From the NCBI RefSeq assembly GCF_009914755.1, contig NC_060935.1: a DNA stretch of 64,000 bases; one strand, 5' to 3'. Source of the DNA: the human T2T-CHM13v2.0 reference genome, Homo sapiens. Within the stretch, counting starts at the first letter, position 1, and every line of letters begins with the position of its first letter. Made by a program: the position numbers and the translations under genes. Below, piece after piece: positions 15,231 to 28,430 of this stretch. The notes under the pieces are model-generated. The model saw nothing but the letters and a program-made list of their open reading frames with translations. It was not told the origin of the DNA and ran no database searches.

Positions 15231-15307
15231 TGGTCTGAGCTTTCTTTTAACCACTCTGCTGTGGCACCCAGTGGCTGTGGCACCCAGTGGCTCAGACAGG
15301 CACTCAC

Positions 15308-15663
15308 CCCCTTCAGCTTGGAGCCATGGTGCTGCTCTCTACTGCCCGTTGCCCATCTCTTTCACGGAAACCCAGTGGCCCTGCTGAAAAGAATGTGACA
15401 ACTTGGAGCCCAGGCCCCTCTGCTTCTGCTTCTCCACCTTGAGAATCCTTATTCTCTTTGAGAATCTTGGTTCTCTTGCAGAGCTGAAGAAAACGATCTC
15501 TGATTGTGACTTTGCCCCAAGGCTTCTGCCCAGCTTCCAGGAATGAGACAGCAGTCTTTCCTAACACCGTGGATAACAGGCGTCTGGAGAGTTTTATTCT
15601 GGAGTACAGACCTCGGAGTGGCTACAGAGCCTCCCTCAGGGCCATTGCCAGAGACCAAGTTCC
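15308..15663 (-). other. Putative non-coding 5'-UTR exon of the first OR8B pseudogene
   Basis: On the minus strand there is an acceptor tttccttttcctcAG (15664-15665) and a donor GTGAGT (15302-15307). The 356-nt segment is conserved with the paralog at 50636-50991. Confidence 0.5.
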
Positions 15664-15696
15664 CTGAGGAAAAGGAAATGTTTGTTTACACTCTTG

Positions 15697-15770
15697 ATCA
15701 TACTTTTAATGTATGTATCATACTTTATGTATGTATCATACATACTTTAATGTATGTATCATACTTTTAA
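15697..15770. repeat. Short tandem repeat, ~20-bp unit (tcatacttt(t)aatgtatgta), about 3.5 copies
   Basis: Visible in sequence and absent from the paralog (51020-51050). Confidence 0.8.
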
Positions 15771-16200
15771 CCTATTCTTTCATTTAGGTTACATCTTTTT
15801 AAGCACAAATAAGGACAAGGCTCTATGGGAAAAACCAATGCTTGCTACCTTGTATTGAGCACTTACTGTATACCAAATACTGTATCCAACCCAGCACCTT
15901 CATACAGACACCAAGAATCCAAAACCAATGTACAAATGATTTTACCTCATTTATTTCTCACAACAACCTCATAAATTAGACATGTTAATCTCCGCTTTAA
16001 AAGTGAGAAAACACACACAGCTAACAGATTCCAGAATCTTAAGTCAAACCCTGATCTGTCTAACTCCAATTTTCATGGTCTTTTCCACTGGCTGTACTAC
16101 CTCCCTGTGAGTGATAATGAATTCTCTGAAGCAGGATTTTTACTTACAAAGATCTCATGAGATTCTTGATAGATAAAAACAAGCAGTCTTAAAGGATGGC

Positions 16201-16578
16201 TGCTATAGTTTGGATACTTGACCTTCCAAACCTCATGTTGAAATTTGATCCCCAATGATGGAGGTGGAGCCTAAGAGGAGAGTTTGAGATACAGGGGCAG
16301 TGCCACCCTAGTGGTAATGAATGAATCCTCACTCTATTAGTTCTCATATTAGCACCTCTCTTTCCTCTCGCTTCCTCCCTATTGCCATGTGATCTCTCCG
16401 TACCAGTTCCCCTGGCTTTTTGCCATGGGTGGAAGCTCCCTGAGGTCCTCACGAGAAGTAGATGCTGGCACCATGCGTCTTGAACAGCCTGCAGAACAGT
16501 AAGCCAAGTAAAAGTCTTTTCTTCATGAATTACCCAGTCTCAGGTATTCTTTCACAGCAACATATGTGGAATAAGACA
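16201..16578 (+). mobile_element. MaLR solo LTR (MSTB-like)
   Basis: Begins tgctatagtttggat...ctcatgttgaaatttgatcccc and ends aattacccagtctcaggtattct...aagaca. Absent in copy B. Confidence 0.8.
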
Positions 16579-16889
16579 AAGGTAGAAAGTGTTAGAGCCA
16601 GGAAAGGTCAAATTAGGGAGTGCTGGGCTTCACAGGAGAAGAGTCATTATTCCACTCACATCCAATATTTACCAAAATTTATACAAACTTTTCCAAGCTA
16701 AAAAAATAAAGAAATCTTCCCTGGTTTTCCTGCACTACCTGTTCATGCAAATTAAGCTTGATAATTAAAAACAAATACTAATTAGATAACTAATATCAAT
16801 TTTTGTCAAGATGTGAAGGCCAGGGAAGGGACCCCACAGCTAATATGTCAGATAATGGGGACTTGAAGAAAGACGTAAACAAAAATAAT

Positions 16890-17150
16890 ATTCCTTCAGC
16901 AAATACATATCGAGCATCTACTATGTCCCAGAAACTCTTCTAAGTTCTTAGTTGGGGGAAAAAAAAAAAAGCAAATTCTTGCCCTCATGAAGTTTGCATT
17001 CAAGTGGGAGAAGACAAAAAAAAAAGATATAAATGAAAGAAAAAAAACATGTAAAATCAAAAGTGCTAGGAAAAAAAAAAAGCCAGGGAGAGGGGTAGAA
17101 AAGGAAGGGGCACAGATTTAATTTTAAATAGAGTAATCTGACATTTCAGC
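16890..17150. mobile_element. L2 fragment
   Basis: ttccttcagcaaatacatatcgagcatctactatgtcccag...tgccctcatgaagtttgcattc. Confidence 0.6.
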
Positions 17151-17276
17151 AATGACTCAGAAGAGATTTGAAAAGTGTTTACTTGATAAGATCAGTTACT
17201 CTTCTAAAACATTAGGCACTCATGGCTTAACCAGCAACCCTCCAAGGCATCACATTTTTATCCTGCACTGTAAATG

Positions 17277-18047
17277 CAATATCTTAAGCCAAATTACTGG
17301 CTCTACGGAAGAAAATTATGAAAATAGTAAGAAGATAAAGGGGCAAGAGAACTGTTGAGGATTCAGATAATCACAAGTCACACAATATTGGTTAATGACT
17401 GAGACTGGTATGAAGGCTAAAAAAGCTTTGTGTAGCAACTTGCATTTTATAGCCCTTACTATGGACTTCTATATATTAAAGATGACAGATTTCATAGCCA
17501 AGAAATAAATCTCTATATGGGGAAATTCAAGCTTCAGTTAGCAGACGGGTTATACATGTTTTTAGTCAGAGTTAAAGGCTACAGTCCTCTTGGAGAAGCT
17601 ATGAAATCATAACACAAAGGCAGAAGTCTTCTTCCAGGCAAGTCCACTGCACACAGGCCAGATGTGCACATGTATGAGTGAAGACTTGCTCACCCTCAGC
17701 TCAGTCTCAGGAATGATAATGTCTCATTGGTCAATGTACACTTGGAACTGTCCACGTCCCAGAGTAGTTCTAATGAATCCCAATCCTTGCTCTCAATCCC
17801 ATTATGCACACTTAAGAAATAGAGAAAAACAATTCATTATCAAAAAATTAATAATAATAAAAATTAAAATTAAAATAATGCAAGTTGCTACACAAAGCTT
17901 TTTTAGCCTTCATACCAGTCTCAGTCATTAACCAACATTGTGTGACTTGTGATTATCTGAATCCTCAACAAGGTCTCTCGCCCCTTTATCTTCTTACTAT
18001 TTTCATAATTCTCTTCCTTAGAGCCAATAATTTGGCTTAAGATATTG
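17277..18047. repeat. Inverted repeat, 170/171-bp arms (17277-17446 and 17877-18047) with a 430-bp spacer
   Basis: The right arm is the reverse complement of the left arm, with about 6 substitutions and 1 indel by manual comparison. Confidence 0.95.
17688..17810 (-). promoter_or_regulatory. Putative promoter/first-exon donor of the first OR8B pseudogene
   Basis: Donor GTGAGC (17688-17693, minus strand), homeodomain-type TAATGA at 17771-17776 and a weak O/E-like TCCCAGAG next to it. The block is conserved with 51772-51890. HD plus O/E sites are the established OR promoter motifs. Confidence 0.45.
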
Positions 18048-20570
18048 GGTCTTGAGACCCAAAGGGCAAAGAGGACCTTAGGGGTTCATTTAACATTTAC
18101 TTTCCTTTAGAAGATTTAGAGGGTTCTTGTATTCCTGATGCCACACCAGGAAAGTTCTTCTGAGGTTTTTGTCACTTCAGAGATGGTTTCCATGGGAACT
18201 TCATTTCAAATGCATCAGCGTTTTATTTCAAATGAACCAGGGTTTCTTCAAACCATTTTCACTGTTGATTTACTCCAATATAAGCACAGAGAAGCATAGA
18301 AATAAATATTCTTGCTTAATTTACTTTTGATGCAGAACTGTCCGTTTTTCCAAAGCTTGAATCTCTGTATAATGGATTCTTTGTTCTATTTATTGCTAAC
18401 ATTAACATTATTAAAATATATATGAGACATGGATTATAACATACTCATGTGGTAAGCATATGTACAATGTGCTTTGTGTATATGGCACATGCATTAACCT
18501 TCAAGTGTCTTGTAGACCGTCAAACAGCACAAGGGTGGTGGTAAAGGCAGTATCCTTCACTCCACATAAAAGAAATGTAGGAATAAGCCACAATTTCAAC
18601 AAAAAACACATGAAAGCCTGTCCAGAGAGAAAAGATGGCAGCTGAAATGTCTGCATATGAAATGATTTCAGTTAGGATCTAAGGATGGGCACAAAATTAG
18701 ACGTATCTACCAGAAGTCATGTGGTTTGCAATTATACTTAATGGTATATTAGTCTTCAATATGTGTGTGTGGCATATTAAAATGCTAATAAAGGATGCAA
18801 AAGAAATCGTTGACTTCCTAAAGAGATTTACAGTCTAATAGAGTCATCTCCCATTCTGTCTCTTTATCCTCCTTACCCACTCAATGTTTCAAAATTCCCA
18901 GTGACCAGTTCTCAATCATCTCTGCCTCTTGCTTCTTAAATGTTTGGTCATCTCATCTCATGACTTTGAAAACATTCTCTACATGGTTAGTACCTAAATT
19001 TGCTCTTACCTTTCTGTTAATTCCCTGTCCTGTGTATATGGCCTCTCTAGCAGAATGTTCCAGTATCATGCTCGTTGTCACCCTGAACTCAACAAGTACA
19101 AAGATTAACATATCACCTTTGTCCCCAAAATAGACATCTGTCTAACCTTCCCAGTTTTATTGGAGAGGAAGTAGAGTGTCGTATTAATATGGTGTTACTA
19201 GTCCTGGTTTGTTTGGGATCCTCCACTTTTAGATCTATTGTCCCAGAAAAATTACTAGTAACAATCCTTTTCACTATGAAATCTATTCCACTTAGGTCAC
19301 AAATTGCATGATTTCTGTGTGCGTTCAGAGCATAAACTTTAGGATCTAACCAACTTCTATGATTACTTGCTCTGCTGCTTACTAGGTGTGTGACATTGAA
19401 AATGTTTAACCTCTTCTGAGCTTTAAATTACTTATCTTAAAATGGGGATAATAATCATAAATGTTGCACTTTCTAGTATGTAGAACATGCAACACAGAAG
19501 GTATTAAAAAGTATTAGGTTGCTATTATTATGTTCAAATCTATGCCCGTGGATGAAAGGAATATTTTAAACTGCCATGGTACACAGGATCAGCTAAAACA
19601 GAGAGAGACTTAAGGCAGGAAGATCAGTTAAGGTGGTTCCACAAGCAGTAGAAATAGTAAAGCAAAAACAGAATCAAGTGATGACATCATGAAGAAACAG
19701 GATTTAATATCTCTATGGTTTGGAGAAGGACAGAAAGGAAAAAAAGCACAAGTGAAACCTGACCAAAATTTTAAGATGAGGGAAGTTTGAGTAGGATGGC
19801 AGAAAATGAACAAATAAGGAATGAGGAAGATAAGAAGCTAAATTTCAGTCTACATGACAAAATGCTGCTCGAACCCTTCAAAAGGAATGATAAGTTTTTA
19901 AAAAAACAGCAATGAAGGAGGGAGAAAAGGAGTCAAAATACAAATTAGGGAATCAGCTAAACATAGGTGAACCCAAAAGAATGATGAATTTTTCCAAGCA
20001 GAAATATTTAAAGACAGAATAGTCAAGGATTAAGAACTAAGCCCTTCCAAAAATACCCACAGTTAGAAAACGGGAGAAGGAAATTGACCAATGGGAATGT
20101 CAGAAAAACCAAGTGGAACAACTGAGAGCAAGATTTAGAAACAAACAGACCTGGAGTCAAATTCCAACTCCATAGCTGTATGAATTTGGAAAATTTATTT
20201 AACATCATGGAGACATAGCGTTTCTATCTGAAAACCAGATATAGTAATAACATGCTTGCAGATGTGCATAAGGTATAAAATTTGAGTTTTGTGAATATTC
20301 TTTTAGTATTTCTTGAATTTATGGAATTTACAGAGGCCAAAAAAAGAGAATTTCAAGAGTGAGCATAACTAATATTTCTGTGCATTCAAGAGGATAAAAA
20401 AGAACTGAAAATGACTTTAAGTAACTTGTACCCTTGCAGTCTAATTTTCTTCTTCCATATCACTATTTATCTACACTTTGACCTTAAATGTTTGGAACAA
20501 TTCATCATTGAAGCCATCTTGGCTTGAAATTTCTTTTGTAAAGCACTTTAAGAACAAACTGTATTTTTTA

Positions 20571-22191
<1,621 letters not shown>

Positions 22192-22200
22192 AAGTGTTCA

Positions 22201-23880
22201 GAGTTTCTATTTCCTCTTTTGTAAATCTTAATAATTAGCATCTTTCAATGAATTTTCTAGTTCTTCTAAATTGTCAACTTTATTGGCATAAAGTTTTTTA
22301 TATTATATATATACACACACACACACAATCTGTAGGATCTGTAGTGATTGACCCTTTCATTCTTGATATTATTAATTTTAGTTTTAGATCTTTTTCTTGA
22401 TTGACCTAAATTTTATTAATTACAAAATTAAAATTTTACTGACTTTTTACAAGAGCTACATTCTGTTTTCATTGATTTTTCTGTATTAATTGTTAATCTT
22501 CTATTTCATTAATTTATACTTCACCCTTATAATTTCTTTCCTTTTACTTTAGGTTCAATTTGCTATTCTGTTTCTAGGTTTTTACAAGGAGGGTCATGAG
22601 TTATTGATTTTAAACTTTTCCTCTCTACTATGAAAATTTTAAATTATAAATTTATCTTGAAAAACTGCTTTAGCTGAATCATACAAGCCCTAGCATTTTT
22701 TTCATTTTTATTCATTTAGAAAATATTTTCTAACTTCTATCATCATTTCTTTTTCAATAATTGGGTTATTTAGAAATGTGTAGTTCAATTTCCAAATATT
22801 TAGAGATTTTACAGAGATCTGTTCTAGTTTCTAATTTAATTCCACAGTAGTCAGAGAACATATTCTGTGTGTTTCAGTACTTCTAAATTTATTGAAACTT
22901 GTTTAATCTCTCAGCATATGGTCTATCTTGGTGAATTTTCCATTGGTACTTGAAAAAAATCTCTATTCTATTGTTGTTGAGTAAGATGTTCTATAAATGT
23001 CATTTTGTTCCTGTAAGTTGATAGTGTTATTTAAGTCTTCTATGTCCATAATACTTTTCTGTCTCCTTGCACTAAAAGAAGAATGTTAAAATATTCAACT
23101 TCAATGATGAATTGTTCTGTCTTTTTTCAGTTCTGTCAATATTTGCTTTATGTATTTGAAGTTCTGTTATTAGTTGGGTACACATTTAAAATTGTGTATT
23201 TTTGGTAAATTGATACTTGAATTGTTATGAAATATCTGTGATGATCTTTGTTAATATTCCAAATTCTGAAGTCTACTGTGTCAGAAATTAATATAGATAT
23301 TCCAGATTTTATTAGTTCTTATACAGTGTTTCTTTTCCCAACCTTTTTTAAAAGAAAATATCTGTCTTTATATATAAAATGTGGTTTATTTAAATTGCAT
23401 TTAGTTGAGTTTTGGGTTTTTTTTAATCCAGTGTGGCTTTTTCTGTCTCTTAATTGGCATGTTTAGACTATTTATATTCAATGTAATTATTGAGTTAAGC
23501 CTACACTCTTGCCGTTTGTTTTCTACCCGTCCCATCTGGTCTGGTCTTTGTTACTTTTTTCTTCTCTTTTCTTGCCTTCTTTTGGTTTATTTGAGTACCT
23601 TTTAGTATTGTTTTTCATCTCTTCTGTTGTCTTATTAACTATATCTCATTTTATTAGATGGTTTCTAGTAGCATTGACAATATGCAACTTTATCAAAATA
23701 TCTTCAACTAATATTTTAATACTTTATGCATGGTATAAAGAACCTCAAAAGAGTATACTTCCATTGCTCCTTCTATCCTTTATGCCATCATTATTGTATA
23801 TTGTATTTTATCGTGCTGTGAACCCTATAATAGGTGGTTCTAATCTTTGCTATAAACAGTAAATTACATACTAAAGAATT
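22201..23880 (-). mobile_element. Old L1M fragment (host of the L1PA2 insertion; continues at about 20440-20580)
   Basis: Decayed antisense ORF2-like T-rich sequence. Confidence 0.65.
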
Positions 23881-23927
23881 TTTTTAATGAAATAAACATT
23901 AGTAGATTATATTTAGGTTCTTTAAGG

Positions 23928-24910
23928 TGATCATGGAAGTCATTTCTCAGATATACCCCTTCAGGAAGTGTGAAAGATTAATCACCCCTGATGCTGCACT
24001 CTAAAATCAATTACCATATTTGCATGGAGGCCATGCTTCCCAAAGACTACATCCAGCCAATGACTAGAAAGAACAGAGATATTAAAGCAGGTCTTTTTCT
24101 GCTAGACATGAGATTTCTCCCATAAAATTTGGCTCAAAAATTCTGTCAGTCTTTCCATCAGCCTGACCAGTTTGCTAGCTCTTTCGGCTTCTTTCAGCTC
24201 CCTCCCTATTTTCCCTGACAGGTGTTAAATATCTAATCTTGTCTTAATATCTGCTTTTCAGAGGACTTGGACCAATGCAAGTGATAATAAATGTGATCCA
24301 ATCAAAAGTACCATAAAATAAGAACTAGAGACTGACTCAACTGATTGTCTTGTGGGTGAAGAGATTGCAATCCTAGCTGATAGGTTGGACATGGATAGTG
24401 CCTGGCACACAGTGACTGCTTAATTGCTAAAGATTTCTTGGGGACCACCTAAGAATATATCCCTGTGGATAGTAACACAGTTGTAGGTGGACTGATTAAA
24501 ACCATTGAAAATAATACCTTCAGAGGCAAAAGAATTGACTGGTTAGTGCTAAGTTGCCTGGCAGACAGATAATGAAAGACTATTAACCATTGGTAATTAG
24601 TAAATAGTTAATAGCTAAGTATTGGAGTTAGAGCACCTTTTGTTTTTGTTTTTGTTTTTGTTTTTGTTTTTGTTTCATGCCAGTTAATAAAGTCACATGT
24701 ACTTTTTTTTCAACTTTTATTTTAAGTTCTGGGGTACATGTGCAGGATGTGTAGGTTTGTTACGTAGGGAAACTTGTGCCATGGTGATTTGCTGCGCAGA
24801 TCAACCCATCACCCTGGAATTAAGCCCAGTACCTTTTTGACAACTTACAAAGAAGTTGTCTTCAGCCTGAGTAGCAGGCTGAAGTCAAGTAGTTGAAGTC
24901 ACAAAGCTCC
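23928..24910 (+). mobile_element. ERVL LTR16-like LTR plus start of internal region
   Basis: ggaggccatgcttccc...cagccaatgact and the terminus tatctgcttttcagaggacttggaccaatgca (about 24279), followed by ERVL-internal-like sequence. Interrupted by the small L1. Confidence 0.55.
24642..24829 (-). mobile_element. Short L1PA8-10-like 3' end with an extra 27-nt segment and a second tail
   Basis: L1 3' end at 24711-24829, A8 tail, unique 24676-24702, then a (CAAAAA)n tail. Flanked by agcacctttt / agtacctttt. Confidence 0.8.
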
Positions 24911-25697
24911 CAAAACTGTTTTCATTTTCCCATTTTACAGATAATGAAGTCAGAGCACATATGACTTGCCCAAAGCAACACAGCAAGAAATTAGCATACC
25001 TCGCCTCCTATGGAAGTCTTTTACCTGCAAATTTCAAAGATGTAATACTACTCTACTGCTGTATGCATTTTCCAACTATTCTAGAGGACTTTGGGAGTCT
25101 CAAAAGGAATTGTAATAATGTGATTGAAACATTTTGGAAAATGAGATATGACAGGGAGAAAAATTTAACACCAAATCCAGAGCAGTTTAGGGTAATGAAC
25201 CAGGAATGAACGCTAAATCTGTCACGGTGATAAAAGACTATTATGCTGGTGTAGCAATCCTAGTCAAGACTTGGATCTCTAATCCCACTCCAAACAACAA
25301 AAGGAAAACCTTCAATGCATGTAAGCAAACTAAATTCAACACCAATTTAATGGGTGGCCTGGCCTCACGGGACTCCCTCTTGCCACCAAGACTCATTATT
25401 AAGAGGTTAGTGTAAAGCCACAGGATTCCACCTACTTCAGGAGAGTAGCCTGGCACCATCACCAGTTGAAGTCCCATCCACAATCAAGGGCAAGCCTCCT
25501 TATAATTACCAAGATACTGGCACATAGCCTCACGAGTTATTTAGAGAATCATCTCTTGCTCTTAGTACTGATCCTCCTAAAGACAGAAACTACAGGCACC
25601 CTCCGCTCAGAACCAGCTGCCTGAAGCTGTTGCATCCTCATTCTGCCTATCCTGGGATTCCATCCCGATGACTGCACACCCCACACTTAGCAATATC

Positions 25698-25874
25698 ATA
25701 TCCCTTACACAGGCAATTGCAAAGCACATGCTCTCAGGTGCCCTGCTGCCTCATCACACAGGCGCCACCTCAGGAGGCTGAGCCTGGAGTGGCCACTGGA
25801 TGAGATGGTCAAGTTTGTAGCTACAGGCTTCCCCCTGTTGCTGATGTCTCTGGCATTTTCCCAAACTCTTCTTG
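25698..25874 (+). pseudogene. Decayed copy of pannexin-3 (PANX3) first coding exon (unprocessed gene fragment)
   Basis: Translation from ATA at 25698 is ISLTQAIAKHMLSGALLPHHTG, then a 1-nt deletion near 25764, then HLRRLSLEWPLDEMVKFVATGFPLLLMSLAFSQ. This is collinear with the recalled PANX3 N-terminus MSLAHTAAEYMLSDALLPDRRGPRLKGLRLELPLDRIVKFVAVGSPLLLMSLAFAQ (about 34/56 identities by my count). Start codon is ATG>ATA and no GT donor follows. Confidence 0.85.
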
Positions 25875-26339
25875 AGAGAGCTGCTGCCATTGTCCACTTT
25901 TGAATTGCAGCCAACAGTTGAAAACCCCATCAGAAGCATTTACTTTGGAGACCAACAAAGAAGAGGCAAAAGAAAAATGTGAGAAGGCTCAGCCTAACTT
26001 ATTGTCGCTTCCAGAATTTTTCAATGAAAAACATGGAAACAAACTTTTGTTTCCAGCATGTATGTTAGATAGAGGTGCCCACAACAGAAACAGAACCATG
26101 TGGTAAAGTAACTGCCTCATAACATTCTCAGTTTCACCTAAATCGTTCTTTATGTTATAATCTCTTTTCACTGCCTAGTGATCCTTGGCTCTTTTCTTGA
26201 AACTTGAAATGTATTAAACTGATAGGACACAGTGCGCTTTGGCCAGACTGGTCAAAAAGAGGATTCCACTAATCAGTGCTTCATGTGGGCTGTATTATTA
26301 GGAAACTCCTGTCCTACAGGTCTAATTCTTTTCTCCTGG

Positions 26340-28430
26340 GCTGAATTTAATGCAAATATTTTTTACAATTAGATTTTAACTTACCTGTTCATTATTTTAG
26401 CTATGATCTTAGCATTAATTTATTAGTGATTGCCCTATTAAGAATTGTTCTATTGAGATATACACATCCTTAACTTTCCACAGTCATTGCAGTTAATAAT
26501 GTACCATTCCATGTAAAATATGGAAATCTTGCAACACATGGATCTGTATCACTCATTTTTATGTTATAGTTTCATATCATATTATACATCAACATACACT
26601 ACAAATTCCACAATAACATGTAATTTTTATTTAAATTATTATATCGTTTCTATGTAAGTTGAGAGAAAACCACAACATTGTAGGTATCCACATTTCTGTA
26701 TCCATTTGCTTGCCAAAGGACATTTAGGTTACTTCCACCTCTTGGCTATTGTAAATAATGCTGCAATGAAGTCGGTGGCGCTAATATATCTTCCAGATCT
26801 TGGTTTCAATTTTTTGTCATATATTCAAAAGTGGAAAAAATAATATTTTTTATTATCCAGATACCTTCCATTCCTGGTGTCCTTCTTTGTTTTTATTTTA
26901 TTATAGTTTTAGGATCAAAGTTTTTAATCTGATTAATTTTTCTTCATCCTGAAGAACTTCCTTTATCTTTTCTTATGTTTAAGTCTGCTGGCAATATATT
27001 ATCTTATTTTTCTTTTATCTCAAAGTATATTTATTTTGCTTTTGTTCTCGAATATGTTTGCTAAATATAGATTTCTGGGTTGACAGTGGTGTTTTGTTTG
27101 TTTGTTTGTTTGTATGTTTTACCACTTTAAAGTGTTGCTGTACACTCTTCAGAATTTCATTGGTTCTGATGAGAAATCATGGTACTCCGTATGTAATATT
27201 TTTTTCTTGCTGATTTTTAAAATTTATTCTTCATATTAGACTTAAACAGTTTCATGATGATCTTCTTTCATAGGGCTTCTTTAAATTAATTCGGCTGGGT
27301 GATTAATTATAACCCCTCCGAATTGCCTGAATTTCATAAAAGAAAGAAAAATGTCTAGCTTTTATGAAATTTAGTAAATTCAGGTGGGTTATTTCTTCAG
27401 ATATTTTTTGCATCTTTTTCTTTCTTTTCTCTCCTTTTGGTATTACGATTAAACATGTTTGACCATTTTATGTCATCTAACAGATCTCTGAGGTTCTGTT
27501 CGTGATCCTCAACCTTTTTCTCTGTGTTTCACCTTACATGATTTCTATCGGTCAGTCTTCAAGTTTGCCTACCTTTTGTTCTGTTATGGCTATTAAGTAC
27601 ATTGCCTCTATTATTTCCAAAATTGTATGTTTCCATTCTAGAACTTCCTTTTTTTAGTGTTTGTATTTATATGTTGAGATTTATCACTCCTCACCTGAGA
27701 CTTTCATTTGGTACACAAAAGTTTTGTTTTACTTTATTGAGGGAATATATAATAACTACTTATAAATTCTTATCTGTTAATTTCAACATCTGGTTCCTCT
27801 TGTGTTCCAATGAATTGATTTTTTTCTTGAGAAATTTTTTTCATTTTCTTAGTTCTTTATATGTCAGGTAACTTGAGATTGTATCCTGGACATCGTAAAT
27901 GTTAAGTGGAAAGTCTGGATTTTTTTTTTTCTCCAGTGAGTTTTGTTTGCCTTCCTTTTACACAGAATTTTCTTGGCTGGGCTTAAAATGCAAGTTTTTC
28001 TTTCTTGAGCATGTCTGATACCAGTCCAGATATTTCATCTTTACTTGAGCTGCTGAGTCTGTGCTGCACGTGCATGATTTAGGTCAAAGATGTGAGTGAA
28101 TCCAGTTTGGGGATCTCCTCTCTGGTTCATTTGTTTCCAGAACTTCCCCAGCTCTCTTCAGTATTTGGGATTTCTTGACTTTGCTTTTCTTGTTTCCTGA
28201 GTTAGAGAGGCTATGAATTTTTCCACATGGGCACTGTGTAGGCTACACTTGGTGCCAAGGAAAAAGCTACCAAGATGGGCGCTTACTTAGTATCGCTCCC
28301 CATCTCCCCTCCTCCAAGTGATTCTTCATTCCCTACCAGGATCAATCTGCTTCTGTTCATTCTACAGCACCTTCAGGGATTTTTGCTTTTCTTTAATTAT
28401 GTCTACATTTAATTTTCCTGTAGGGGTGTC
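26340..28430 (-). mobile_element. Old L1M fragments
   Basis: Decayed antisense L1-like sequence (gtctgctggcaata...tttatctcaaag). Confidence 0.6.

Noticed and set aside
15258-15291. 16-bp tandem duplication ctgtggcacccagtgg (also 5197-5236 and 61847-61901)
   Set aside because: Two-copy slippage duplications without spacers. Not CRISPR-like and no functional indication.
25875-26000. Resemblance to TBRG1 peptides (QQLKTPSE; lysine/glutamate-rich stretch)
   Set aside because: Short and low-complexity, with no sustained collinear match to the recalled sequence.
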